DNA from: an uncultured delta proteobacterium
GTDB taxonomy: Bacteria; Myxococcota_A; Polyangia; Fen-1088
Assembly: GCA_963737265.1 (NCBI GenBank)
Contig: CAVTRY010000016.1
Location: 384,439-448,438 of the forward strand
Length of the DNA stretch: 64,000 nt
Reading direction: 5' to 3'
Shown here: one piece after another, positions 11,123 through 22,221 of the stretch
How the letters are laid out: every line of letters starts with the position of its first letter
How positions within the stretch are numbered: the stretch's first letter is position 1
Program-made: the position numbers and the translations under genes
The notes under the pieces: generated by a model
The model's input: the letters and a program-made list of their open reading frames with translations, nothing else
Told to the model about the DNA's origin: nothing
Database searches by the model: none

Positions 11123-13513
11123 TTAGACCGTGAACATCTCCATCCGTTGGCGCAGCGACTCGGCCTCGGCCGCCAGCTCTTTGGCCGCCAGGTTCAACTG
11201 TTCCACCACTTGCAGATTCTGGCGCGCGACCTGCGAAATAGCGTCGGTCGACTTGACCACGGTTTCACCGCCCCGCCGTTGTTCCAGGGTCGCATCCAGC
11301 ATCGAGTTGGTCAGCGTGCTCATGCGTTTGGATGCCATCACAATTTCCGCGGCGCTGCCTGCGTTTTCGCGCGCCGCCACGGCGATCTGCCGGGCCAGAC
11401 CCGACATGTTCTCGGCCACCTTCAGGGTTTGCCGGGCGGCCTCGCTTTGGCTTTCCGTCGCCAGCGCGCTCGACTCGATGATGGAGGACGTTTTGTCGAT
11501 GGATGCCATCATTCCCACCAGAACCTCGTCCGTCAAGGTGACCGCCGAGCCCACGTCCTTCTGCACGCCCTCGATAATGGCGCCGATGTCGCGCGTGGCT
11601 TGCGTACTTCGTTCCGCCAGACGCCTGACCTCGTCCGCCACCACGGCAAATCCGCGCCCGGCCTCGCCCGCGCGCGCCGCCTCGATGGCCGCATTCAGCG
11701 CCAGCAAGTTGGTTTGGTCGGCGATTTCTTCGATAAGGCGGAGGATCTTGCTGATTTCCTGCGCACGGTCGCCGATGGCGCCGATGGATCGCTGAAGTGC
11801 CTCGCCCCCGGATTTGACCGAGCCGAGGGTGGTCTTGGACATCTCCTTGGCGGAGCGCGCCTGGGCCGTGACCTGCGTGATATTGCTCGTCAGTCCCGCC
11901 AGGTGCGTGGTCGCCTCCTGCGACGACGACAGCAAGGTCTGTCCGTGCAAAGCCGTCCGTTCGAGGGTTTCGTACATGCGCTGGAACGCGCTGGTAGTTT
12001 CTTCCACGCTGGCCGAGAGCGAGGTCGCGGTTTGCGAGAGCTGCTGGATCTGTTCGGCGATCCGCCCCATGCTGGCCGACGTCGCATCGGTCGCAGTGGA
12101 CTGAGTTTCGGCACCCTGACTGAGCTGAGCGCCGGAGACCGAAATTTTCTCCGACGTGCTGGCCACAATTCGCGACGCGTCCAATATCGATGCGATGGTG
12201 GCCCGCAAATTCGCCGCCATCTTGCGCATCGACACCAGCAATTGGCCAACCTCGTCGGTGGAACGTGTCTCGCCGATCTCGATGGCGAAATCCTGCGCGG
12301 CGAGGCTGTTGGCGGACTCGACCGCCAGGTTGATGGGGACGGTGATGCTGCGAACGATGACCGACACCAGCCCAACCGCGGCCAGCACGGCGACGAGTAC
12401 GAGCGCCACCGTCCGGCTTCGCTGTTCCTCGCGCGCGACGACCTTTTCCTGGAGATCGGCGTGGCGAGCAGCAAGCGCGGCATCAAACGTGCTCCACAGC
12501 GACTCGATCGCCGTGGCGGCCAACCCCCGTAGCGTCGCCAGCGTCGCGGGAATGGCGGGATCCGCCGCACTCTTCGCATCGCCTGCAAGCTGTTTAGCCG
12601 CGGCCATGGCCTTGCGTCCAGCCGAGAGACACTCCTGCAAGGTCAGCTCAACCCCGAGCGCTGGCTGCTGGGGGGACGCGGCAGGGCTTTCTCCCTGCGC
12701 GGCCGGCGACAGGTCGCGCTCCACGTCGGCCAGCGTGGCGGCAAGTCGCTCGATTGTGCTGACCAGCTCGGCGCGAGCATAGACTTGATAGCCGGGTGCG
12801 CTCTGGTCTCGCGCCGATTCGGAACCAAGCTCCACCAGCCTTTCGAGGCGCCACGCCGCCTCCGGCAGCTTGCGCAAGATCGCGTCGTCGAGATGCGCAG
12901 CCATGGGATCGAGTGTCTGAATCTCGCTCGCCACCAACGCGATCTGCCCGAACCAGCCGGCCAACGCTTCGCGCATACGGCGATGCCGATCGTCTTTCAT
13001 CGAGGCGTCCCCCGCGTCTTGCCCTGCCATCGCACTGACCAGCGCACGGACATCCGCCAGGGTTTCGGGCATACGCACCCTGGCCATGCCCGGATCCAAG
13101 CCGCACCCGACGGCGTTGAGCTTCCCCAGCTCGGAAAGCGCCGAGCTCGTCGCGGCCAACCAAGCGCCGGCCGACCCGGGCGCGCCGGAACTGGTGGAAG
13201 ACGCCCCGGTCTTCAGCATGATCTGCTGCCTGAGAATGAGCTTGAGTTGGCGAGCGTAGTTTTCCGCGCACAACTCTCGCCGCATGCGCACGATTTCGTC
13301 GCTGCTCTTGCTCACGAAATCGCGCAGAAGCAGCACCGTGGGGAGCAGCAACACGATGACGATGACGAGCAATTTTTGCCACAGGCTGAGATGACGGAGT
13401 AACGGCGCCCCTTCGATGCGCCCGAGCCACCACCGTCGTCGATGGTCGTGAGCAGCGCCATTTCCACCGCCGGCTCCCGGGAAGGACGAAGTCTTACGCT
13501 CCCGCGTGTTCAT
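11123..13513 (-). CDS. methyl-accepting chemotaxis protein
   Basis: Two TM segments, [38 protein letters not shown] signalling domain. Confidence 0.95.
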   Translation of the reverse strand: MNTRERKTSSFPGAGGGNGAAHDHRRRWWLGRIEGAPLLRHLSLWQKLLVIVIVLLLPTVLLLRDFVSKSSDEIVRMRRELCAENYARQLKLILRQQIMLKTGASSTSSGAPGSAGAWLAATSSALSELGKLNAVGCGLDPGMARVRMPETLADVRALVSAMAGQDAGDASMKDDRHRRMREALAGWFGQIALVASEIQTLDPMAAHLDDAILRKLPEAAWRLERLVELGSESARDQSAPGYQVYARAELVSTIERLAATLADVERDLSPAAQGESPAASPQQPALGVELTLQECLSAGRKAMAAAKQLAGDAKSAADPAIPATLATLRGLAATAIESLWSTFDAALAARHADLQEKVVAREEQRSRTVALVLVAVLAAVGLVSVIVRSITVPINLAVESANSLAAQDFAIEIGETRSTDEVGQLLVSMRKMAANLRATIASILDASRIVASTSEKISVSGAQLSQGAETQSTATDATSASMGRIAEQIQQLSQTATSLSASVEETTSAFQRMYETLERTALHGQTLLSSSQEATTHLAGLTSNITQVTAQARSAKEMSKTTLGSVKSGGEALQRSIGAIGDRAQEISKILRLIEEIADQTNLLALNAAIEAARAGEAGRGFAVVADEVRRLAERSTQATRDIGAIIEGVQKDVGSAVTLTDEVLVGMMASIDKTSSIIESSALATESQSEAARQTLKVAENMSGLARQIAVAARENAGSAAEIVMASKRMSTLTNSMLDATLEQRRGGETVVKSTDAISQVARQNLQVVEQLNLAAKELAAEAESLRQRMEMFTV

Positions 13514-14103
13514 GAAATCCCGTCCTCCCGACTTGCCCCACGTCTTGCTTCACCCGTGCCCGGACCCGCGCGCAGCATGCGGTCGACGTCGATCATTTTG
13601 ACCAACACATCACCCACGCGGGCAACTCCAGCGATGGCAGATAAGGTCGCGCCCTCAGGCGAAGGCGCCACGTCCGACGCGGGCAATTTGAGAATACGAG
13701 CGACCCGATCGACCAGCAGTGCGAACGAACGGCCCGCGACATCCACCACGATCAGCCTGGACCTGGCCGTGGTGGTAGCGCTCTCCAACCCAAGGCACAG
13801 GCGCGTGTCCACGGCGGGAACGATGCGACCGCGTAGGTTCACCACCCCGCGCACGTGGGCCGGCGCCTCGGGAATGCGGGTAATTGTCGGCACACGCACG
13901 ATCTCGCGGCAGCGCAGAATCGGAACGCCGAGCTCGTCGTCGCGCAGGAAGAAGGTTACCACCTGCTGGATCTCGACGGCCGTGGGACTGACATCACCCT
14001 GGCCCGCACGCAGCAGAGCGTCGGCGAACGCCAGCAGCGGCTCGCCTTCCTCGGCAGCGAAGCCACCGGTATTCCCGCCGGCGGTTTCGCGATCAGAAGA
14101 CAT
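13510..14103 (-). CDS. cheW: CheW coupling protein
   Basis: [30 protein letters not shown]. Confidence 0.9.
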   Translation of the reverse strand: MSSDRETAGGNTGGFAAEEGEPLLAFADALLRAGQGDVSPTAVEIQQVVTFFLRDDELGVPILRCREIVRVPTITRIPEAPAHVRGVVNLRGRIVPAVDTRLCLGLESATTTARSRLIVVDVAGRSFALLVDRVARILKLPASDVAPSPEGATLSAIAGVARVGDVLVKMIDVDRMLRAGPGTGEARRGASREDGIS

Positions 14104-15820
14104 CGTAGTGGGTTTCCAATCTTTCGTCGACGGTACGCTCGGGTGCAATCGTGCTGCTGATGCGCCGGACGACCTGGACACAATCGAGGATCGGCACAAC
14201 GCGGCCCTGCCCAAGCACGGTTACGCCCGCAACCATGCGGCAGCCTGCCAGCGTCTCGTCGAGTGGCTTGACCACGATTTCCTGTACGCCAGAAAGCCAA
14301 TCCACCAAAAACACGCCACGCTTGTTCCCGGCCTGGAGCACGACGGCGTAGGGCCTGGTCCACGCTTGCGCCAGGCCCTGGCAGCCGAGCAGACGCCCGC
14401 CATCCGCCGACCGGATGAAATCGCCACGCCAAGAAACGAGCAGGACGCCGCCTACCACCTGCAAGTCGCTCTCGCGGATCTCGATCGCGTCCAAGATGAA
14501 CCCCGTCGGAGCCGCGAACATTTCGCTATCGACGCCAAAGATGAGCGCCTTCTGCAGCGACACGGTGACGGGCAGGTCGAGGACGAAGACCGTTCCCTGT
14601 CCGGCCGCCGACCGCACATCGATCGATCCGCCCAGGTCCTGGACGACGCTCGCCACCACATCCAGCCCGACGCCACGGCCGGCCAGGTTCGTCACCGCGC
14701 TCGCCGTCGAGAACCCCGCCCGGAAAATGAGCCGCTGAATATCCTTGTCCGCGAGCTTGTTGGTATCGATCCCGAGCCCCTTGGCCTTGGCCACGATCGC
14801 CTCCATGTCGAGGCCGCGCCCGTCGTCGGCAATACAAACGCTCACGCGCCCTTCGCGCATGCGAGCGCGGAGAAGGATGTGCGCTCGGGTCGGCTTGCCC
14901 GCGGACGCGCGCTCGGCTGGCGTTTCGATCCCGTGCGCCACCGAGTTGCGCACCACGTGCATCAAGGGTTCGAGCAGGCGGCTGATGATGGCGCGATCCA
15001 CTGCGGTTTCCCCACCCTCGATGAGCAATTCGATGGGTTGCCCGCGCTCCTGCGCCAAATCCCGCACATAGCGGGTGAAGCGGCGAAAGAGCATTGCGAT
15101 GGGGGCCAGGCGCACCCGCAGCAGCTGATGCCGCATCTGGCGCGTGGCCCGCCCGAGATCGGTCAAAATTCGGTCCATCAAGGCGACATCGCTCGCTTCG
15201 ACCTGGCCCCGCGCCAGGCGCCCATGAAAGCGCAGCAACTCTGTTTGTCCCACGATGGTCTCGCCTGCAAGCTCCAGCAGCTCGTCCACATCCCGGTCGG
15301 CGATGCGTGCATTTCCCGACCGCCCGCTGCCGTCAGCCACGGCCGAAAAACTCCCCGCCGCATCACGATCCGCGGGAGGCTCCTGTACCCGGGCCGTGCC
15401 CGGCGATGTCCCCGACGCGGGCAATTCCTCGCCGACTTCTCTCGCTCGCCGCACGAAGGCATCCGCCGCAATCGCATCCACCTCGCCTACAAGGGCCGAC
15501 TCGATCGAGCGGCCGAGCAGGTCGCAACCGTCTATCAACACTTGCACCTCGGCCAAATTCTCGACTGGCGAACGGTCGGCGCACAGCGCGCAGAAATCTT
15601 CGAGGGCATGCGCTACCTGTTCGATCGGTGCAAGTCCCATCATGGCCGCGTTGCCCTTGATGGTGTGAAGTCCACCGCGGATCCCGCGCAACAGGGACGG
15701 CGTGTCACCACCCACCGTCCAAGCGTTCTCCAGCTTGAGCAACAACGAGCCCACTCCGTGCGAGACAGGCTTGGTCTCGTCGACAAAATCCTTCACGAGG
15801 GATGCGAACAGATCGTCCAC
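14093..15820 (-). CDS. cheA: chemotaxis histidine kinase CheA (no P2 or receiver domain evident)
   Basis: HTIKG Hpt, HVVRNSVAHGIE, DDGRG, GRGVGLDVV, C-terminal CheW-like P5; GTG start inferred. Confidence 0.93.
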   Translation of the reverse strand: MDDLFASLVKDFVDETKPVSHGVGSLLLKLENAWTVGGDTPSLLRGIRGGLHTIKGNAAMMGLAPIEQVAHALEDFCALCADRSPVENLAEVQVLIDGCDLLGRSIESALVGEVDAIAADAFVRRAREVGEELPASGTSPGTARVQEPPADRDAAGSFSAVADGSGRSGNARIADRDVDELLELAGETIVGQTELLRFHGRLARGQVEASDVALMDRILTDLGRATRQMRHQLLRVRLAPIAMLFRRFTRYVRDLAQERGQPIELLIEGGETAVDRAIISRLLEPLMHVVRNSVAHGIETPAERASAGKPTRAHILLRARMREGRVSVCIADDGRGLDMEAIVAKAKGLGIDTNKLADKDIQRLIFRAGFSTASAVTNLAGRGVGLDVVASVVQDLGGSIDVRSAAGQGTVFVLDLPVTVSLQKALIFGVDSEMFAAPTGFILDAIEIRESDLQVVGGVLLVSWRGDFIRSADGGRLLGCQGLAQAWTRPYAVVLQAGNKRGVFLVDWLSGVQEIVVKPLDETLAGCRMVAGVTVLGQGRVVPILDCVQVVRRISSTIAPERTVDERLETHYDVF

Positions 15821-15834
15821 GCCTTGCCTCTGCG

Positions 15835-17499
15835 CTAACCGGTCTTGCGCATTTCGAAGATCCCTGACGGTACACCTTGCTTGGGGTTCGCACGACGCAA
15901 GAATTCGTTTTCGAGGGCCAGGCCAAGTTGGAAGGCAGCCAGCTCGAAGACTTCGATGTCGCCGATGGCCCGATCCCGCGTACCGTTGTCCAAATAGATG
16001 GTCGCGATCACGCGTTCGCTGCCTGGAACGGGCAACACCGCGATCTCGCCGGTGCACGGACGATCCACGGATTCGAGGAAGGCCTGGGGCAGCCCGGCGC
16101 CGTCGTAGCACAGGCGGCGCGGCCGACTATCGGTCACGCAGTCCTTGAACACGCCGCTGGCGCCGACGGGCATGATGAGGCCTTGCGTTTTCTTGGCGAG
16201 AGGCGCACCCCACGCGGTTTTGCCGAAAGCACCGATGGCAACCAGGCGATCGAGATGCGGGACGAACAGGACGCCGCGGTCGAGGGACTCAGCGACCGCC
16301 GACATCAAATTCGCCGACACCGAGGTATTGAGCAACCCCGAGCGCAGATCCACGATGATTCGGCGCAAGCGCGCGAAGCTCGCCCGGATTCCCTCCGTGA
16401 TGGCTTGCTCGTTGGCCATGTACTTGCGCTGGCGAGCAGCGGATCGCATACAGGCGACGACGGTCGCGGGAACGGACGACGTGACCGACAGAACGCCCGA
16501 CTGGTACATCTCGCGCAGCGGCGCCCGACCCTCGAAGAGCGCGATGACCGAGGCGCGCGGCCGGGATCGGCACAGCGCCGACAGCGTCGTCAGAGCATGA
16601 ACCTGATAGCGCAGATCGATGACCACGATAGGCGGCGATTCGCCAAGCAGAGAGGCCCCGGCGTCGCGCAAGACCACTGCCGAGACACGATCACCGGATG
16701 GTTCGAGCAAGTCGTTGAGGTGCGCCAGCAACTCGGTATCGGGCGACACAATCTGAAAGCGAGGTCGATCGGACACCGGGAGCTGTTCGATAGGTGCGTG
16801 TTCCGCGGTCACCGCTACCGCGCGCCGAGCGTTTACCTCGGCAGACTGTCCCGTGGCCTTCTCATTCTTCTCGTCTTTCTCATTCTCGCCAAAACGAAGA
16901 CCATCGAATTCACTGCCATCCACTGCGCGGTCGACATCCTTGCCTTCCCCTTGCGCGGCGGCGACCGAGGCGGCTGCTGCTTTGGCGGCGGACAACTCCG
17001 CGCCCTCGTCCATCCGGCGCAGGACATCCATGAGGACGGCCTGCGTGTCGAGGTCGACCTTGGGCGCGCCGGTGAAGCGCGTGACCTCGACGAGCGGCGT
17101 GAGATCGTCGATGGCAAAGTCAAACGATCCGGTTTTCCACGCCAGGATTTCGCCCACCACGCGCTCGATTTCTCGGCCCATAACATCGCGGATGGTTTCC
17201 GGCGTCGTGGCGCCCATGCGCGCCAGGATTTGGCCGATACTGCGGTGGGGCCGCTCGGCGTTTTGGGTTTCCAGGGCGGAGACCAGCGCACCCTGGTTGA
17301 TGGCGCCGGCCGCGACCAGCAGCTCGCCCAGGCGGCGCGAGCGCTGATTCCACGCGCTGACGATACGTCCACGTTCGAAGCCGACGAAACCTTCCTCGCG
17401 TCCGCTATTGACCGACAGGGTGCCCGAATGGCCGCCAAGCCGAATGAGCTGCATCACATCGACAACCGCGACATCCTCGATCATCCCTTTGAAACTCAT
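15835..17499 (-). CDS. DUF4388 (PatA-N-like) protein with degenerate receiver-like and GAF-like domains
   Basis: MSFKGMIEDVAVVDVMQLI..SGTL..F..G.I and W..G.F.F pattern; C-terminal VLPV...IYLDN GAF-like segment. Confidence 0.75.
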   Translation of the reverse strand: MSFKGMIEDVAVVDVMQLIRLGGHSGTLSVNSGREEGFVGFERGRIVSAWNQRSRRLGELLVAAGAINQGALVSALETQNAERPHRSIGQILARMGATTPETIRDVMGREIERVVGEILAWKTGSFDFAIDDLTPLVEVTRFTGAPKVDLDTQAVLMDVLRRMDEGAELSAAKAAAASVAAAQGEGKDVDRAVDGSEFDGLRFGENEKDEKNEKATGQSAEVNARRAVAVTAEHAPIEQLPVSDRPRFQIVSPDTELLAHLNDLLEPSGDRVSAVVLRDAGASLLGESPPIVVIDLRYQVHALTTLSALCRSRPRASVIALFEGRAPLREMYQSGVLSVTSSVPATVVACMRSAARQRKYMANEQAITEGIRASFARLRRIIVDLRSGLLNTSVSANLMSAVAESLDRGVLFVPHLDRLVAIGAFGKTAWGAPLAKKTQGLIMPVGASGVFKDCVTDSRPRRLCYDGAGLPQAFLESVDRPCTGEIAVLPVPGSERVIATIYLDNGTRDRAIGDIEVFELAAFQLGLALENEFLRRANPKQGVPSGIFEMRKTG

Positions 17500-17530
17500 G
17501 GCAGCCTCGATCGGGCGGCGTCCCCGTCGA

Positions 17531-18337
17531 TCATCCTTTCCTGACGAGATTGATCAGTCCCTCGAGGGTGCGCAGCTTGCGCGCGGCACGCGAGTACACG
17601 CGCGAGGCGAACAACGCCGAGGCGGCGTGCGCCCCGAGCAGGTCGAGCAAATCGCGGTCCTCCTCGTCCAGTTTCCCCTTGTGCTCGAACAGCTTGGTGA
17701 TCACCAGCGCGCCCACGGTCACGTCCTGCACGCGCAGGGGAACGGTCACCAGCACGGGCGAACCCTCGACCGGTCCGAAGCGCAGCATGCCGTCGATGAG
17801 AGACGCGTCGATGAGAGGATCACCGCCGGTGTAGTGTGGGGCACGCGACCAGGGCGCGTCGATATCGCCCTCTTGCAGGCGGATTTCGAGAACCTTTTCG
17901 TCCTCGTCGCGCAAGAGCAGCGCAAACTGTTCTGCACCTAGGAGGTTGATCACGATCTCGGCGATGGTCGACTGCACATCCGCGGGATCGAGGGTCGCAT
18001 GCAGCTGATAGGTCGCCACATAAAGGGTCATGAGACGCCCGACCTGGTGCTCGACCTCGGCCAGGCGGGCGGACAGCTCCTCGCGCTCGTTCTCGGCCTT
18101 GGCCAGGCGCAGCTCGCGCTCCGGAATCTCCGCCGAGGCCGCGCGCTGCTGCACGACCGACTTGCTGACTTCCTCGATGGCCGCCTGGGCGTCGTGGATG
18201 AGCTGGCGCGCGCGCATGAGAGTGGCAAGGGGATCGCCGCTGGTTTCCGCCGGGCAGAAGGGCTTGTGTGAGGGCCCGTGCGAACCGGCCCCTGCCGGCT
18301 TGCCCGCCGGAGCTCGCCCCGACCCTTCGACCGTCAT
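17531..18337 (-). CDS. coiled-coil plus GAF domain protein
   Basis: Coiled coil, LYVATYQLHATLD, VPLRVQDVTVGAL, DRDLLDLLGAHAASAL. Confidence 0.8.
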   Translation of the reverse strand: MTVEGSGRAPAGKPAGAGSHGPSHKPFCPAETSGDPLATLMRARQLIHDAQAAIEEVSKSVVQQRAASAEIPERELRLAKAENEREELSARLAEVEHQVGRLMTLYVATYQLHATLDPADVQSTIAEIVINLLGAEQFALLLRDEDEKVLEIRLQEGDIDAPWSRAPHYTGGDPLIDASLIDGMLRFGPVEGSPVLVTVPLRVQDVTVGALVITKLFEHKGKLDEEDRDLLDLLGAHAASALFASRVYSRAARKLRTLEGLINLVRKG

Positions 18338-18723
18338 GGCGAAACCTGCCTTCCTTCGAGACGACCCATGATCTTGAGCAGGTCTTCGCGCTGGAAGGGT
18401 TTCTTGAGATAGGCGACCGCGCCCGCCTGCAATCCGCGCGCTATGTCCTCTTCCTTGCCTTCGGTCGAAACGATGATGACCGGAATCGACGCGAACGCCG
18501 AATGCGTCTTCACCTGACCGAGAAACTCCAACCCCGTCATGTGGGGCATGTTGAGGTCGAGGATGATGACGTCGACGTCTGGATTCTCCGCCAGCCGCTC
18601 CAGACCTTCCCGCCCATCGTGCGCTGCAATGAGCACGCAAGGCCGAAGCATGACCTCGTACATTTTGTGAATCAGGCGTGAGTCTTCGACGACCAACACC
18701 TTTCGAGTCTTAACAACATTCAC
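18334..18723 (-). CDS. CheY-like single-domain response regulator
   Basis: VVEDS, LDLNMPHMTGLE, VST, KKPF. Confidence 0.9.
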   Translation of the reverse strand: MNVVKTRKVLVVEDSRLIHKMYEVMLRPCVLIAAHDGREGLERLAENPDVDVIILDLNMPHMTGLEFLGQVKTHSAFASIPVIIVSTEGKEEDIARGLQAGAVAYLKKPFQREDLLKIMGRLEGRQVSP

Positions 18724-18892
18724 CGCAGCCTCCCTTGAAGGGGAACCTCTGTGCGCCGGGCGCCACCGATTTGCGAAAGGAATATCGGCATGATGGATAG
18801 CCTGGCCGCTATGCCATGCTCGATTTCGTCTGTTTTTTCCGCAGACTTGAGCGGCGGTCGCCGCGGAGCTCCGAAGGTGGTCTAACCCTGGG

Positions 18893-19927
18893 CTAGCCCG
18901 AGCGATCCATCAGCCAGTAAAGGACCCACTGCAAGAGCCATCGGCGCAGCCCTTTTCGGGGATCGCCCATGACCCAGTCCACCATCCAACAGAACGGCAG
19001 CTTCCTGCTCGTGACCAATTTAAAAATGCGCACCTGTTTCTTGTGCACGCGCTCAAGATGGTGAAGCAACCGCTCGCCTTCGGCGCTGCCGCGCAAAACC
19101 TGGCCCACGCCTTCGCCGCTGCGGATGGCGTAATAGATCCCTTCCGTCGAGAGCGGATTCAGAAAGCCGGCCGCCTCGCCGACCAGGCAAATCTTGCCGA
19201 AGCGCCATCCCCTGAAATCGGCGTTGCCCTTGGCGGCCTCGTGACGCAGCTTCGACACGTCGAGACCAAAGGTGCGTCCCACCCATTCCCCGGCGCGTTT
19301 CGCGACGTCGCGATCGAAGCGGTCGCCCTCGAAGGCGATGCCCACCATGGTCTGGCCGCGGCTGCGCGACATCATGTAGCCATAGCCGGCGGGGAATGTG
19401 CGCGGCAACCAATAGATGTGGAACTCGTCGGCCGGGCGATCGACGACGAAGTGGTAGGCCCATCCCACGATACTCTCGCGCGGCAGCCCGAGATACCGGC
19501 GCACGATGGAACCCGCGCCGTCGGCGCCCACCAAGTGTTGGTAGCGAAACTTTCCCGTGCGCGTTTCCACGAATTCGGGCGTGATTCGTTGGACGGGTTC
19601 ATTGAAACGGATCTCGGCGTCGCAGCCCTTCATCAGATGGCTCTCGACGGCGTAACGGCCGGCGGTCCAGGCGAATGGTCGCGGCAGCTTGAGCGCGTGG
19701 CTTTGGCAATCGTTGCCGACATGGATCTCGGTCCACGGTCGGCCGCGATCGAAGGTTTCGCCGGGCAGTACCTTGGCGGTCAGCTCGCCCGCGCAGATCT
19801 TTTTGCCCAGGCCTTCGCTCTTTTCCAGCACCAGCACACGCTGTCCCGATCCGGTCAGCGCGCGCGCGCACGAAAGCCCGCCCGGGCCCGCGCCGACGAT
19901 GACGACATCGTATGAATCGACCTGCAT
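18893..19927 (-). CDS. geranylgeranyl reductase-like FAD-dependent oxidoreductase
   Basis: GAGPGG, GADG..S.V, GEAAGF.NP.S.EGI; start uncertain (19942 or 19927). Confidence 0.8.
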   Translation of the reverse strand: MQVDSYDVVIVGAGPGGLSCARALTGSGQRVLVLEKSEGLGKKICAGELTAKVLPGETFDRGRPWTEIHVGNDCQSHALKLPRPFAWTAGRYAVESHLMKGCDAEIRFNEPVQRITPEFVETRTGKFRYQHLVGADGAGSIVRRYLGLPRESIVGWAYHFVVDRPADEFHIYWLPRTFPAGYGYMMSRSRGQTMVGIAFEGDRFDRDVAKRAGEWVGRTFGLDVSKLRHEAAKGNADFRGWRFGKICLVGEAAGFLNPLSTEGIYYAIRSGEGVGQVLRGSAEGERLLHHLERVHKKQVRIFKLVTSRKLPFCWMVDWVMGDPRKGLRRWLLQWVLYWLMDRSG

Positions 19928-19950
19928 CGGCGCAGTGTACACGGTGGACG

Positions 19951-22221
19951 CTACCGCCGGTGCCGACGAAACGACAGTGCCTTCATCACCGATGCCGCTT
20001 GGTTCTCGCTGCAGCCAAGACGCCGCGCGATCACCGGCTCGCGCACGCCGGCGGAGATCTTGGCTGCGACCTCCTGAACCTCGTCGGCGCGAATCGCGAG
20101 ACTACCGAAGACGGGAAAGCCCATCGCCAGATAGGTATCGTCGCCGATCGTCGAGGACGGCTGGAAAGACCGCGCGTGCGCCGGAGGAAGCGCTAGCCGC
20201 ACGCTCGGCCCAAGTTGCGCTCGGCACAGCGCCGCGCGCGCGACCACGGCTTCGGGCCGCAACAGCGAGCCAACGTAAAGCACATACCGACCCATCTTGA
20301 TTCCAGCCCGGCCGAGGCGGCTGCGATCCGCGCCGTCGAGCTGTCGCAACTGCGCCTGGGCCTGGCTCGCCAAGGCGGTGCCCAGCCCCTGTTCGATCTG
20401 GTACAAGATTCCGCGCGCGCTCGGGCCGAGACCATCGAGGCGTGCATCTCGCAAAGGTGCCAAGAGGGTCTCGGCCACATCACGCGCCCAGGCGACGAGG
20501 CGACGTTGCAGGCGCATGCGCGCCGCCGGCCCCAGCGCAGCGACGGTCACGGCGACCTCAGGCCGCAGCAGATCCGCGCCTCGGGTCATGCGCCCCAGCA
20601 CGCGTCCGCCGCTCACGATGCGTCCATCGCCCTCGAAGCTGAATCGATCGTGAGGGGCATCCACCAGTTCTTCGACCCAGTCGTCGGCGGTCAGACCCGC
20701 GGCGGCACCGGCGTCGGGCAAGTCGGCCACCGCCAGCCGCAATTGCTCGGCGAAAGGCCCGGTCGGGCGGGCTCGCTTGCGCCCTGCCCGGCCGCCGGCA
20801 TCGACAAAGCGCCGCACCAGCTTGTCGTGCAGGGCATCGCTCAGCTGGTCCTCGAGGGCGCGCGCCCTCTCCTGCCAGCCTCGCGCATCGTCGAGCCAGC
20901 GCGAGTGATGGGTGATGTAGGTCCAGGTCCGGACAAAGGCCATGCGCGCGAGCAAGGTGTCGATGTCGCCTTGCAACTCGGAAAGGCGTTCGATCTGGCG
21001 CGCAATCCAGTCGCGTTCGAGACGTCCCCGCGGACCGGAAAGTTGCAGGAACACCGCACGCAACAGTTTGTAGTGGTCGTCGAGCTCGAGCTGACGAAAA
21101 TCCGGAATCTGACAGACCTGCCAGAGCAAGGCGACGTTGTCGACGGAGCGGCAGCGAGCGGCGATCTCCGACTCGGTGCCGAGACGAGCCAGGGCGCGGC
21201 TGTCGTCGGCGTCGCTGGTAAGCTCCAAATACGCGGCCGGCGGACGGCGGGCCAGCGATGCCGCCAGGGTTTCGAGCGAGCTCATGTCGAGGTCGGTGTT
21301 GCGCCAGAACACGCGCGTCTGCACCGGGAAGTGATGTTCCTCGATGGCGCGCACGCTGGCCGGGGACAAAGGCGGAAGCGGCGCCAGCGTGACGAATTTC
21401 CCGTTGTTGTGGTGCCGGCCGGCACGGCCCGCGATCTGGGCCAGCTCGGCGTCTTCAAGCTCGCGCAACTTGCGCCCGTCGAACTTGCGCAGATCGGCGA
21501 AGGCCACGCAGTCCACGTCCATGTTCAGCCCCATGCCGATGGCATCGGTTGCCACCATGTAATCCACTTCGCCCGACTGATACAAGGCAACCTGCGCGTT
21601 GCGAGCGCGCGGAGACAGCGCTCCCATCACCACCGCGGTACCACCCCGACGAGCACGCAGGCGTTCGGCCAGCTCGTACACCCGATCCACCGAAAACGCG
21701 ACCACCGCGGTGCGCGGCGGCAGCGCGCGTAAGGTCGCAGATCCATCCCAAGACAGGCGCGAGAGGCGCGGCTTGCGTTCAATTGTGGCGGTGGGCACCA
21801 GTCGGTCGAGAATGGGATGGATGGTGTCCGCGCCGAGCAGCCAGGTTTCACGCCGGCCGCGCCAGTTGAGCAGACGATCCGTGAACACATGTCCACGCTC
21901 GGCGTGGCCGGCCAGATGAATTTCATCGACGGCAAGGAAGTCCACCTCGCGCGCCGCCGGCATGGCCTCGACGGTGCAGATGAAGTAGCGCGGCCTCGGC
22001 GGCATGCGCTTCTCCTCGCCGGTGATGAGCGCTACCGCGCTTTCACCCACCCGCGCAGTGACCCGGTCGTAGACCTCGCGCGCGAGCAGGCGCAACGGCA
22101 AACCGATCATCCCCGAGTCGTGCGCGAGCATGCGCTCCACCGCGCGATGGGTCTTGCCCGTGTTGGTCGGGCCGATGTGCGCGGTGATGCTCGACGCGAG
22201 CGCGGTCCGCGAAAAGGGCAT
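19951..22221 (-). CDS. SUV3/MgpS-like superfamily 2 helicase
   Basis: GPTNTGKT, PLRLLAREVY, DEIH, ATDAIGMGLN, QIAGRAGR. Confidence 0.9.
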   Translation of the reverse strand: MPFSRTALASSITAHIGPTNTGKTHRAVERMLAHDSGMIGLPLRLLAREVYDRVTARVGESAVALITGEEKRMPPRPRYFICTVEAMPAAREVDFLAVDEIHLAGHAERGHVFTDRLLNWRGRRETWLLGADTIHPILDRLVPTATIERKPRLSRLSWDGSATLRALPPRTAVVAFSVDRVYELAERLRARRGGTAVVMGALSPRARNAQVALYQSGEVDYMVATDAIGMGLNMDVDCVAFADLRKFDGRKLRELEDAELAQIAGRAGRHHNNGKFVTLAPLPPLSPASVRAIEEHHFPVQTRVFWRNTDLDMSSLETLAASLARRPPAAYLELTSDADDSRALARLGTESEIAARCRSVDNVALLWQVCQIPDFRQLELDDHYKLLRAVFLQLSGPRGRLERDWIARQIERLSELQGDIDTLLARMAFVRTWTYITHHSRWLDDARGWQERARALEDQLSDALHDKLVRRFVDAGGRAGRKRARPTGPFAEQLRLAVADLPDAGAAAGLTADDWVEELVDAPHDRFSFEGDGRIVSGGRVLGRMTRGADLLRPEVAVTVAALGPAARMRLQRRLVAWARDVAETLLAPLRDARLDGLGPSARGILYQIEQGLGTALASQAQAQLRQLDGADRSRLGRAGIKMGRYVLYVGSLLRPEAVVARAALCRAQLGPSVRLALPPAHARSFQPSSTIGDDTYLAMGFPVFGSLAIRADEVQEVAAKISAGVREPVIARRLGCSENQAASVMKALSFRRHRR

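Noticed and set aside
13442-17544. Long plus-strand ORFs (798 aa and 555 aa) and similar long antisense ORFs elsewhere
   Set aside because: Antisense shadows of clear genes in high-GC DNA, with no motifs.
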